A stretch of 32,935 nucleotides of DNA from an uncultured Spirochaetales bacterium (GTDB lineage Bacteria; Spirochaetota; Spirochaetia; SPDA01; CAZSGZ01), in NCBI GenBank assembly GCA_964458315.1, contig CAYWIK010000014.1, positions 4,203-37,137 on the forward strand, read 5' to 3'. A program made the translations under genes and the position numbers. The notes under the pieces were generated by a model. The model had not been told where the DNA came from. It ran no database searches and saw only the letters and a list, made by a program, of their open reading frames with translations. Shown piece after piece: positions 7,743 to 16,250 of this stretch. Every line of letters starts with the position of its first letter. The first letter of the stretch is position 1.

Positions 7743-10293
7743 TGTTTTCTCGTCCTCCGCCTTCCGGGAGCAGCATAGACAATTCCCGCATTACTTCGCC
7801 CGCGGCAGCTTCATCGAAATTTTCGGCTGCCTCCATGAGACCTTTACTTGCCTTTTTCGTAACCGGATGTTCGGTTATTGTTTCGAGTTCCCGCGCCGCC
7901 CCGGCAATTTTTACCGGGTCAAAAATATTCGCATTCGCTTTAAGGTCTTCCAACACCCTGTTGATCATCCGCGCTTCCTCGGGAGTAAAGTTTCCGCCGG
8001 CGGCGGACACCTCGGCTCTCGGACCGTTTCCTGTTTCCCGGTAACGTTTTTGAAGGACCAGTTTATTCACTTTTTCATAGAGCAGTCTTCGGTCCAGCGG
8101 TTTCGAGAGATAATCGTTACAGCCGAGGTCAATGTATCGCCGCGCGTCCCCCTTCATGGCATGGGCAGTCAGGGCTATGACGTACAGGTCTTTCATTTTT
8201 ATGCTTTCCCTGACGTACCGAATCGTTTCTTCTCCATCCATTATCGGCATCTGCATGTCTAAAAGGAGGAGATCGTAATTTCTTTTTTCAAGCTTGCCGA
8301 TTGCCTCCCTGCCGTTTGCCGCTGTATCGCAGTCTAAACCGATCTTTTTTAAAAACATTCTTATAAGCCGTTGATTCATCTCATTGTCATCCGCAAGGAG
8401 GATAGCGAACTTGGATTTCATTTTTTCTTTCGTCCACTTATAGGCCTCCGGTTTCAGCATATATTCTTTCGGAATTGAAGAAACTATCATTTCGAGTTCA
8501 TCAAGGACGCTGCGAATATGAGAAAAGGACGGTTCCGATCGTTCAATCTCTTCATTTATAACCCGTACCCTCTCAAATATTTCCGACATATTGAGGTTCC
8601 CGGAAAACCCTTTTATATCGTGGGCGATAAACCTGACATCTTGTTTTTTCTCCCGGAAAACCGCATCCTTCAGTTTTTCGAGTTTTTTAGGCAATTCCGA
8701 GATGCCGTCACGTATAATCCTTTGAATATCTTCATCTTCGATTGTGTCCACCCATCGTGCAACCATTTCTTTCCCGTAACCGCCGCGCAGGTTCCGCGCC
8801 TCCCTCTCCGGCGGTCCGCCCGGGGCCGTCTTTTTCCCCGCAGGCGCTTCTCCGGCCGGAAGAATTTCGATTTGGACGGTAAAAGTCGATCCCTTTCCCA
8901 CCTCACTCCTGAGGGTTATCGTACCGTTCATGAGCGCTGCAAGGCGTCTTGAAATTGCAAGGCCGAGCCCCGTGCCGCCGAACTGACGCTCCATGGTGCT
9001 GTCGGCCTGCTCAAAGGCGGAGAAAATCGTTTCATACTTTTCTTCGGGTATTCCGATTCCGGTATCGGTAACGGAAACAAATAAATGAGGACGCTTATAG
9101 CTGCAATTTATTCGGACGGAACCTTTTTCGGTAAACTTGAAACCGTTGCTTACGATATTGAGCAGGATTTGATTAAGCCTGAGTTCATCTCCGGATACCC
9201 GTTCCGGGACCTCTTTTCCGATAGAAAGATAAAAGTCCAGCCCCTTCTCTTGCGCGGCTACATCATACATCTTTTTAATATGGTTGAGAGTCCGGTGAAG
9301 ATTAAAGTTGCTCCGTTCGATACTGACTTTTCCGGCTTCGATTCTGGAAAAATCAAGGATATCGTTGATCAAATTAAGAAGATTTTTCCCTGATTTTCTA
9401 ATGATATTAAGCTGTGCCTGTTTTTCACGGTCCTCTTCGCCGTCTAAAAGGAGGTCGGTAAACCCGATAATCGCATTCATCGGGGTGCGTATTTCATGCG
9501 ACATATTGGCTAAAAACTCGCTTTTTAGGCGGTTCGCGGTTTCCGCCTCTTGTTTTGCCCGTATCATCTCCTCTTCGGCGCTCTTCCTGCGGGTAATGTC
9601 CTCCTTAACCGCTAAATATGCGATAAGTTCATTTTTTTCGTCTTTGATCGGCGTTATGACCGCTTCTTCCCAATAGGTGGTCCCGTCTTTTCGTTTATTG
9701 AGGAACTCCCCGTGCCAGACCCCTCCGGAAGAGATAGTCGACCAGAGACCGTCGTATACCTCACGCCTCTGTGCCCCGCTTTTTAGGATGCTTGGTTTTT
9801 CGCCGACAGCTTCCTCCACCGTATAGCCGGTTGTTCGTTCGAAAGCTTTATTCGCAAAGGTAATCCTGCCTTCGGTATCCGTGATAAGGATAGTGTTAGC
9901 GCTTTGCTCTACCGCTATGGAGAGGGTGCGCAGCTGCTTTTCAATCTCTTTTCGGCCTGTAATATCCGTCCCGTACAGAAAAATTGAACTTTCTCCCTCT
10001 TCGAAAAATACCGCATTACACGAGGGAATCAGCTGTTCAATATTTTTTCCTTCAAGGCTGTCCCCGAAAATCAAGCCCGCCGAGCCGTTGTAATAGAGAA
10101 TTTTTCCTCTCTTATCGACTTCAAATACCGGGGCGGGGTTTCTTTCAAAAATCGCGGCCCTGCGGCGCAGCCGGCCCTCCTCCTTTATCCGCTTTATATA
10201 TTTTACGGCGAGGAGGCAGCAGATAAAGAGAAGAATGACGGCAATTCCCGCGGAAGCCGCTGCAACCAGAATCAAACCGGAAGGATTCGACAT
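7735..10293 (-). CDS. Hybrid sensor histidine kinase (TM, PAS x2, HisKA, HATPase, HPt-like, receiver, C-terminal extension)
   Basis: H-box HEIRTPMNAIIGFTDLL and GGTGLGLAISRRL ATP-lid. AHDIKGFSGNLNMSEI is an HPt-like motif. Receiver motifs ILLADDN and LLLLDMQMP...K are present. The track's start at 10305 is a TTG rendered as Met. I prefer ATG at 10293-10291, which is preceded by GAGGA. Confidence 0.8.
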   Translation of the reverse strand: MSNPSGLILVAAASAGIAVILLFICCLLAVKYIKRIKEEGRLRRRAAIFERNPAPVFEVDKRGKILYYNGSAGLIFGDSLEGKNIEQLIPSCNAVFFEEGESSIFLYGTDITGRKEIEKQLRTLSIAVEQSANTILITDTEGRITFANKAFERTTGYTVEEAVGEKPSILKSGAQRREVYDGLWSTISSGGVWHGEFLNKRKDGTTYWEEAVITPIKDEKNELIAYLAVKEDITRRKSAEEEMIRAKQEAETANRLKSEFLANMSHEIRTPMNAIIGFTDLLLDGEEDREKQAQLNIIRKSGKNLLNLINDILDFSRIEAGKVSIERSNFNLHRTLNHIKKMYDVAAQEKGLDFYLSIGKEVPERVSGDELRLNQILLNIVSNGFKFTEKGSVRINCSYKRPHLFVSVTDTGIGIPEEKYETIFSAFEQADSTMERQFGGTGLGLAISRRLAALMNGTITLRSEVGKGSTFTVQIEILPAGEAPAGKKTAPGGPPEREARNLRGGYGKEMVARWVDTIEDEDIQRIIRDGISELPKKLEKLKDAVFREKKQDVRFIAHDIKGFSGNLNMSEIFERVRVINEEIERSEPSFSHIRSVLDELEMIVSSIPKEYMLKPEAYKWTKEKMKSKFAILLADDNEMNQRLIRMFLKKIGLDCDTAANGREAIGKLEKRNYDLLLLDMQMPIMDGEETIRYVRESIKMKDLYVIALTAHAMKGDARRYIDLGCNDYLSKPLDRRLLYEKVNKLVLQKRYRETGNGPRAEVSAAGGNFTPEEARMINRVLEDLKANANIFDPVKIAGAARELETITEHPVTKKASKGLMEAAENFDEAAAGEVMRELSMLLPEGGGRENID

Positions 10294-10312
10294 ACGTTTC
10301 CTCAATTTGAAA

Positions 10313-10366
10313 TATAGTTTTCAACTCATCGAAAGTCAAACCTATAGTTTTTCGGCCTATAGTTTT
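10313..10366. promoter_or_regulatory. Three direct repeats (C)CTATAGTTTT in the divergent kinase/rpiB promoter region
   Basis: TATAGTTTT at 10313-10321. CCTATAGTTTT at 10341-10351 and 10356-10366. Start-to-start spacing is 30 and 15 bp. The repeats overlap the candidate minus-strand -10 (plus 10311-10316), flank its -35 TTGACT (plus 10334-10339), and overlap the -35 region of the rpiB promoter. Confidence 0.45.
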
Positions 10367-10382
10367 CTCCTTCTTTGTTTCC

Positions 10383-10391
10383 TGATATAAT
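10383..10391 (+). promoter_or_regulatory. Extended -10 element TGATATAAT for rpiB
   Basis: TGnTATAAT match located 19 nt upstream of the rpiB ATG, with GGAGGA Shine-Dalgarno at 10400-10405. This implies a very short leader. Confidence 0.4.
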
Positions 10392-10409
10392 AAAATTCCG
10401 GAGGATTTT

Positions 10410-10862
10410 ATGGCAAAAATTGTGATCGGAAACGACCACGGTGCAGTTCAGCTCAAATTCAGGATAGTCGGTTATCTGCAAAAACAAGGATTCGAGATTG
10501 TTAATATGGGGATCGACTCCGAAGATGCAGTCGATTATCCCGATATTGCCGCAATAACCTGTAAGGAATATCTCCTAGGCGGATATGATTTCGGAATTCT
10601 AAGCTGCGGTACCGGGATCGGCATCTCCATATCGGCAAATAAAATAAACGGCATCCGCTGCGCGCTCATACACGATACTTTCACCGCGGAAATGGCAAAG
10701 GCCCACAATAATGTGAATTTTTTGGCCTTCGGAGGCCGCGTTACGTATTCATATACGGTAGAACAGATGCTTGAAACCTTTATTAATACTCGATTTATCG
10801 GAGAAGATCGGCACGCCCGCAGGGTCGAAAAAATCATGAAACTCGAGGGACCTTCTTCATGA
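10410..10862 (+). CDS. rpiB: Ribose-5-phosphate isomerase B (RpiB/LacAB family)
   Basis: 150 aa. GNDHGAV, ILSCGTGIGISISANK and RCALIHD motifs match RpiB by my recognition. Confidence 0.85.
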   Translation: MAKIVIGNDHGAVQLKFRIVGYLQKQGFEIVNMGIDSEDAVDYPDIAAITCKEYLLGGYDFGILSCGTGIGISISANKINGIRCALIHDTFTAEMAKAHNNVNFLAFGGRVTYSYTVEQMLETFINTRFIGEDRHARRVEKIMKLEGPSS

Positions 10863-11032
10863 ATGTGGTTTTCAGCCCGATGGGAACAGGGGCGTGTGCA
10901 ATATGTAAAAAATACCGCTACTGCTCTATTCAAAACAAGATTACGGAAGAAATGAGTGCGGTCGAGACACGGACTTCGAAACCGATGGAACTCGTTATCT
11001 ATGTGTGTCCCTATTTCGTAGAAATCGTTTAA
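10859..11032 (+). CDS. Hypothetical 57-aa Cys4 protein, start overlaps the rpiB stop (ATGA)
   Basis: Not in the track because it is under 60 aa. Translation: MNVVFSPMGTGACAICKKYRYCSIQNKITEEMSAVETRTSKPMELVIYVCPYFVEIV, with CxxC...C...C. GAGGGA sits 8 nt upstream. This is a speculative gene call. Confidence 0.3.
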   Translation: MNVVFSPMGTGACAICKKYRYCSIQNKITEEMSAVETRTSKPMELVIYVCPYFVEIV

Positions 11033-11204
11033 TCGACCTGCGGCACTTACGATCCTCTGCCGATAAACATAGCCATTTTGACACACTTTTTTTTAATTTT
11101 TCAACCTACATGTCCCAATTTTGCGCAATCCTTTCTTCAACAAAGAACAAGTAAATAATTGCTTATAATATAATGAATTATATTTGCTTACAAATGCCTA
11201 TAGT

Positions 11205-11220
11205 TGGCACACTTCTTGCA
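11205..11220 (+). promoter_or_regulatory. Sigma-54 (RpoN)-type -24/-12 promoter element TGGCAC-N5-TTGCA upstream of the tandem Hsp20 genes
   Basis: TGGCACacttcTTGCA has GG and GC exactly 12 nt apart, as in the TGGCACG-N4-TTGCW consensus. The predicted +1 is about 11231. GAGGAGG Shine-Dalgarno at 11246-11252 and ATG at 11259. Confidence 0.5.
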
Positions 11221-11258
11221 TTTAAGTTATTGAACATTCAAAATTGAGGAGGTTGAAT

Positions 11259-11717
11259 ATGGCAATGATACGATGGAGTAACGATTTGTACAATCCCTTT
11301 TCAGAGTTCGACCAGCTGCAGGACCAGGTAAACAAACTTTTCAACGGCGCCCGGGGATTTGAAAGCCGCGGGTTGTTCGACCGAACGGTTTCTCCTGCAG
11401 TAGACGTTACGGAAGACAAAGACGGATTTACCGTCTACTGCGATCTTCCCGGTATCAGCAATGAAGAGCTGGACATAAACGTAGCGAAGGATATTCTTAC
11501 GATCAAAGGCGAAAAAAAGGAATCGCATAAAAAGGACAAGGAAGCAAAAACCTACCGGAAAGAAACCTGGGAAGGAAAATTTCAAAGAACTTTGGCGCTT
11601 CCCGCGTCGGTTGACACCGATAAAACGGACGCAACCCTGAAAAACGGTATTTTGACCATACGGTTGCCTAAGCGGGAAGAGGTCAAACCGAAACAAATCA
11701 CGGTAAAGGCCAAATAA
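11259..11717 (+). CDS. Hsp20/alpha-crystallin family small heat-shock protein
   Basis: Alpha-crystallin domain features: PAVDVTEDKDGFTVYCDLPGI...DINV...LTIKGEK...GKFQRTLALP...NGILTIRLPK. The track start at 11244 is a TTG rendered as Met. I prefer ATG 11259, which has the GAGGAGG Shine-Dalgarno. Confidence 0.85.
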   Translation: MAMIRWSNDLYNPFSEFDQLQDQVNKLFNGARGFESRGLFDRTVSPAVDVTEDKDGFTVYCDLPGISNEELDINVAKDILTIKGEKKESHKKDKEAKTYRKETWEGKFQRTLALPASVDTDKTDATLKNGILTIRLPKREEVKPKQITVKAK

Positions 11718-11747
11718 TACGTAAACCGTGGAAGGAGGTCTAAGACT

Positions 11748-12113
11748 ATGGCTGAAAAAAATAAAGAATTGGAAACCGGGAGAAGCAATGCCATTCAATC
11801 ACGGTGCAACATATGCGAAGAAGATGGAAACATCGTGCTGCGCCTGGAAATGCCCGGAGTAGAAAAGAACGGCGTCGACATCAATGTTGACAACAATTTA
11901 TTAGAAATCACCGGGAAACGTGAGGAACCGGCTATAGAAGGAAAATATATACTTCGCGAGCGACGGTATGGTGATTTCTATCAGGTATTTACCATCGATG
12001 AAACGATAGACCGAAATAAAATCGAAGCGTCCCTTGAAAACGGGGTTCTTACTGTTACCCTGCACATGAAAGAAGCGGAAAAGCCAAAGAAAATCGAAGT
12101 GAAATCATCCTAA
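11748..12113 (+). CDS. Hsp20/alpha-crystallin family small heat-shock protein (second paralogue)
   Basis: 121 aa. LRLEMPGVEKNGVDINVDNNLLEITGKRE...GDFYQVFTI...NGVLTVTLHM. GGAAGGAGG Shine-Dalgarno. Confidence 0.85.
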   Translation: MAEKNKELETGRSNAIQSRCNICEEDGNIVLRLEMPGVEKNGVDINVDNNLLEITGKREEPAIEGKYILRERRYGDFYQVFTIDETIDRNKIEASLENGVLTVTLHMKEAEKPKKIEVKSS

Positions 12114-12124
12114 AGGGGATTCGA

Positions 12125-12158
12125 AAGCCTTCCTCGACCGCGGGGAAGGCTTTTTATT
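12125..12158 (+). terminator. Rho-independent terminator after the Hsp20 pair
   Basis: AAGCCTTCC-tcgaccgcg-GGAAGGCTT hairpin followed by TTTTATT. Confidence 0.65.
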
Positions 12159-14514
12159 CTTCAGTCCCTTCTATCTGCAAATAAACGAGGTCCATGACCA
12201 GAGGGTTTCTTGTGGCACTGATGCGTTTTTCGATTTGCGCCGCTATTCTGCCGATCGAAACTTCATAGACCGTACCCTCGGCAATGGGGATTTCTCCGGA
12301 AGAAGTCCTCCGCTTAATCATGATTTTCGCGCCTTGCTCCACCGGGATGTCCACGAGCCGTTCGATCATCACCCTTCCCGCGGTAACGGAGGAGATGGTC
12401 CCAATCAGTTTTGATTCGATTACCCTGACCCGTTCGGTGACCTTCACCTCCTGCTCGGCAATCTCTTTTATTTCGTCAAAAACGTTTCTGTACAACGGAT
12501 CTTCGTCCACCCGTTCTTCCACTTCCTCTTTTTTAGTCCGGGTACTGCCTCCGGAGATATACGCGATCGCATCGAGCACTTCCTTAAATGCCTGTTCCCT
12601 TGCCGCGGCTACTCGGCGGTTTAATTCATCGCTGCTCACCGTACCCCGCACCGACTCGAGCTGATACTCTTTCTCCGCAAGCTCCGCCTCGAGCCGTCTG
12701 ATCTGTTCATCCCTTTCATCCCCGCTTATTCCTTCGGCTGCCGGAGCTGTCGGAGCGGCCGCCTCCGCCTTCTCCACCGCTTCCCGAAGCGAGGCGATTT
12801 CTTCTTCAAGCCCGCTGATCCGCTGCTCTTTCTCCTCGGCCTCCTGTTCGAAAGCAGCCGCGGTATTGCTCAGCTCCCGCTCCTTCTCTTCGATCTTTCT
12901 TTCGAGGGTTTCAATCCTCTCTTCCAAATCGGCTACATCCTCGGCGCCCTCGACAATCGCGGTCTCCCGGGCGGCAAGCAATTCCCGCTGCTCTTCAACC
13001 CTTTTCTGAAGCCCGGCAATCTGCTCTTCCAAACTGTCGATGGTTTCGTCTCTTTCGGCGATTTCCTCATTCAACTCGAGGGCATACACACGCTCCAGAC
13101 CCATCAGGGCGTCCCGCATGAGGGGCTCATACGCGCCCGCGCCCATAAACGCGGCCCGGCGAAATCCCGCGAGTGCGGCCTCCCGCTCCCCCTCCCGGAG
13201 TGCGGCCTGGGCATCGGTCACCACCTTCCGGATAGCGCTTCCGCTCCGGTTTTCCTCGATTGTCCGAATCGACTTGTAGGCACGATTGAGAGCGGGGACC
13301 GCCTCGAGCGCCTGCCTATAGAGTCTTCTCGATTCTTCTACGTCGCCTGCCTCCGAAGCCGCGTCCGCCTTGGCGACAATCTCTCGGGCTTTCACCAGCA
13401 GATTCGCCCCTTCAAGGAGGGACTTCGTCTCAACGGCGGGTTTGGCCGCCTTGGTTTCGAGTGTCTCCCTCAAATTTTCGATAATAAACAGTTCGATTTT
13501 TTTCCGTTTCGATATGGTGGGCAGGTTCTGCAATGCGGGGTCCCGGATAAATGTTTCCAGTTCCGCAAGTGCGGTTTCGGCGCCGGCGATATCTCCCGCC
13601 TGTATTTTTCCAATCACGTCTTCGTACGCTCCGATCAGCTGATCGTTGATAAGGGATTCGCGGTCACGAATCCGCGCCAATTCTTCGAGTTTCGCTTCGG
13701 CCTCGGTCGACCTTGTTTCCAAAGCCTCCCGTTCTTCCTCGAATTGGGTGCGCAGCTCTTCTTCCCGTCGTCTGCTTTCTTCCTCAAGTTCCGCCCGCTC
13801 ACGACTTGCCTCTTCGAGTATGTCCCGGGCCATTTCTTTAGCTTCCGCAAGCTCCTGTTCCTTTTCCTGCAGTTCCGTCTCCATTTCCCTCCGGAAAGCT
13901 TCGAGCCGGCTCGAAAACTCCGCACTGCGGCTTTCCTCCAGTTCTCGGAGCTGCGCCTCGATTTCTTCCTGGGAAATGCCCTGCTCTCTCAATCGTTCCC
14001 TTTCAGCGGCCAATTCGGCTTCCAATTCTTCCCGAAGCTGCTCCGCCCTTGCCTCGACGCGCGTCTCCATATCTTCCTGCAGTTCTCGGCTTTGCCGGTC
14101 CAATTCTTCGAGCTCCGCTTGGATTTGACCAATTTCCTGTTCTTTCTCTCTAATTTTTTCCTGCGATTCTTTCCGCAGTTCCTCAATCAGTTTTCCCTCC
14201 GTCGAAAGATACTGCCTGGTTTCCAATGACAGGACCTCTTGTCTTGCCTGAAAATAGCGGAATGCAAAAAAAACCGCGCCCCCGACCAGTAAAATCGTGA
14301 TGAGGTTCAGTAAAATGGGAAAAAGAGCGCCCCCTTTCCTCGGGGTGATTTGGAAAAGCGTTTCATCGACAGGGATCCGGTTTTCAGCAACGACTTTTTC
14401 AATCTGCTCTAAAATCTCCTGCCGGTCTTCTTCAGAGATTTGCGAGTCCTCGAGCAAAACAAACTCGGAATCGGGTTCTTCTAACTGAGGTTCTTTGTCA
14501 AAAGGATCAGACAT
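12154..14514 (-). CDS. Hypothetical membrane-anchored long coiled-coil protein (one TM, ~450 aa of E/R/L/A-rich coiled coil, a TPR-like middle segment, a beta-rich C-terminal domain)
   Basis: 786 aa. TM helix ALFPILLNLITILLVGGAVFFAF. Heptad-like EELxxxLxEL repeats throughout. C-terminal ~90 aa GRVMIERLVDIPVEQGAKIMIKRR...GTVYEVSIGRIAAQIEKRI looks like a small beta-barrel. I recognise no family. Confidence 0.65.
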   Translation of the reverse strand: MSDPFDKEPQLEEPDSEFVLLEDSQISEEDRQEILEQIEKVVAENRIPVDETLFQITPRKGGALFPILLNLITILLVGGAVFFAFRYFQARQEVLSLETRQYLSTEGKLIEELRKESQEKIREKEQEIGQIQAELEELDRQSRELQEDMETRVEARAEQLREELEAELAAERERLREQGISQEEIEAQLRELEESRSAEFSSRLEAFRREMETELQEKEQELAEAKEMARDILEEASRERAELEEESRRREEELRTQFEEEREALETRSTEAEAKLEELARIRDRESLINDQLIGAYEDVIGKIQAGDIAGAETALAELETFIRDPALQNLPTISKRKKIELFIIENLRETLETKAAKPAVETKSLLEGANLLVKAREIVAKADAASEAGDVEESRRLYRQALEAVPALNRAYKSIRTIEENRSGSAIRKVVTDAQAALREGEREAALAGFRRAAFMGAGAYEPLMRDALMGLERVYALELNEEIAERDETIDSLEEQIAGLQKRVEEQRELLAARETAIVEGAEDVADLEERIETLERKIEEKERELSNTAAAFEQEAEEKEQRISGLEEEIASLREAVEKAEAAAPTAPAAEGISGDERDEQIRRLEAELAEKEYQLESVRGTVSSDELNRRVAAAREQAFKEVLDAIAYISGGSTRTKKEEVEERVDEDPLYRNVFDEIKEIAEQEVKVTERVRVIESKLIGTISSVTAGRVMIERLVDIPVEQGAKIMIKRRTSSGEIPIAEGTVYEVSIGRIAAQIEKRISATRNPLVMDLVYLQIEGTEE

Positions 14515-14591
14515 AATGATTCAATCTACCTATCGGCAAAAAATGATTATAGTATTAACAGGAGGATGTTTTTTGCCGATTTTCATAAGAG

Positions 14592-16250
14592 ATGAATATA
14601 CGAGCAAAAATAATCCTCATCGTCCTTCCTTTGCTTTTTGCTTCACTCGTATTAAGCGGAACAATTTCATCCCTCAATGCGCGGAGCGGTTTGACGAGAA
14701 TCGCCATGCAGTTCCTCGGCTTCAAATCCCAGGAGCTTAGAAAATATACCGAAAATCAGTGGAATCTCCTGGTTTCTAATAATTTAACCGACCGTCCGGA
14801 ATACGTTCAAGTAACAAAAAAAGCGGTGGCTTCCTATGCCGGGACCCTTGTCCGCAGCGCGTCGGAGATCATTTTTGCGGTAAATGAAGACGGTGAAATA
14901 GCCTTCTCCACCCGGCAGCTTGAACCGCATGGCAATGAGTTTAATGTGCTCACCAATGCAGTGGAAAACAAGCAGGAAGGCTGGATCGAATTTCGGTTGG
15001 AGAACACCGAACGAGTCGGCGATACCTTTTATTACGAACCCTTTTCCTGGAACTTCTTTGTAACGGAAGATCGGAGCGCTTTCTACAAAGAGGTTACCCA
15101 GATAACCATTCAGAGCGGGATCATCCTCGGCGCTTCAATATTTATTTCTATTGTCATGCTGCTGCTCTTCGCGAGCTATCTCACCCGTCCCCTCGAGCGG
15201 ATGGTGCGGACAATGCGCCATATCATCACCAATAACGATCTGTCGGAACGGGTCGATGTGGAATATCGGGACGAAATCGGAAATCTTGCGCATACCTTCA
15301 ATATTATGCTGCAGCAGCTCGACAAGGCGTATCAGCAGATAAAACAATTTGCCTTTAAAGCGGTTCTTGCCCAAAAGAACGAGCACAAAATCCGCAATAT
15401 TTTTCAAAAGTACGTTCCCAACGACGTTATCGACCAGTTCTTCACAAACCCGGAAAGTATGCTGGTCGGTGAAAACCGGGTACTGGCAATACTCTTTTCC
15501 GACATCCGCAGTTTTACGACCATTTCCGAAGGTTTTATGCCCGATGAATTAGTCGAAGCGCTCAACCGGTATTTCGAAACCATGGTTGATATCATCATGT
15601 CCCACGGCGGGGTAATCGATAAATATATCGGCGATGCAATCATGGCGTTTTTCGGGGCCCCGGTAAAGCATACGGACGACGCGCTGCAATCTGTACACGC
15701 CGCCTTAGAAATGCAGGAAGCCCTTGCGGAGTTTAACCGTGAGCAGCAGACTGCGGGAAAGCCTCCCTTTCTTACCGGAATAGGAATCAACTACGGGATT
15801 GTTACGGTTGGAAACATCGGCAGTGAGAAAAAAATGGACTACACGGTGATCGGCGATATGGTCAACCTCGGGTCCCGGTTGGAAGGACTGACTAAAAAAT
15901 ATAAACAGGACCTTATATTCTCCAATAGTGTATATCAAAAGGTGAAAGGCGATCTCCCATGCAGACTGATCGACAAGGTAATCGTCAAAGGGAAGACCAT
16001 GGGAGAAAAGATATTTACCGCAAAAAAAAGCATAACCGATGCCGAACGGCAGGGCTGGGCGCTCTATCACCGGGGGCTTAAACAGTACTATGCAGGCAAT
16101 TTCGACAATGCGATTACTTTTTTTACAAAAGTTAAAAACCTGCTCACCGATGACTACATTTCCGATATGTATATCGAGCGCTGCAGCCGGTTCAAAATAA
16201 AACCGCCGCCTCCCGACTGGAACGGTACGGAGATTCTCGATTCTAAATAA
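14592..16250 (+). CDS. Membrane sensor class-III adenylate cyclase (2 TM, periplasmic sensor, HAMP, cyclase domain, C-terminal TPR-like tail)
   Basis: 552 aa. Cyclase motifs FSDIRSFTTISE, DKYIGDAIMAFFGAP and GDMVNLGSRLEG. The Lys in DKYIGD suggests adenylate rather than guanylate specificity, which is an inference. HAMP-like region RPLERMVRTMRHI... Confidence 0.8.
   Translation: MNIRAKIILIVLPLLFASLVLSGTISSLNARSGLTRIAMQFLGFKSQELRKYTENQWNLLVSNNLTDRPEYVQVTKKAVASYAGTLVRSASEIIFAVNEDGEIAFSTRQLEPHGNEFNVLTNAVENKQEGWIEFRLENTERVGDTFYYEPFSWNFFVTEDRSAFYKEVTQITIQSGIILGASIFISIVMLLLFASYLTRPLERMVRTMRHIITNNDLSERVDVEYRDEIGNLAHTFNIMLQQLDKAYQQIKQFAFKAVLAQKNEHKIRNIFQKYVPNDVIDQFFTNPESMLVGENRVLAILFSDIRSFTTISEGFMPDELVEALNRYFETMVDIIMSHGGVIDKYIGDAIMAFFGAPVKHTDDALQSVHAALEMQEALAEFNREQQTAGKPPFLTGIGINYGIVTVGNIGSEKKMDYTVIGDMVNLGSRLEGLTKKYKQDLIFSNSVYQKVKGDLPCRLIDKVIVKGKTMGEKIFTAKKSITDAERQGWALYHRGLKQYYAGNFDNAITFFTKVKNLLTDDYISDMYIERCSRFKIKPPPPDWNGTEILDSK

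Noticed and set aside
11078-11094. TTGACACACTTTTTTTT as a second sigma-54 promoter or a sigma-70 -35
   Set aside because: The G to A change destroys the invariant GG of the -24 element. No TTGCA -12 partner and no properly spaced -10. Kept only as a possible duplicated or upstream site in the Hsp20 finding.
13646-14229. Overlapping Ser-rich and Phe/Leu-rich plus-strand ORFs (160-161 aa) antisense to the coiled-coil gene
   Set aside because: Low-complexity translations of the complement of an E/R/L-rich coding sequence. Not credible genes.
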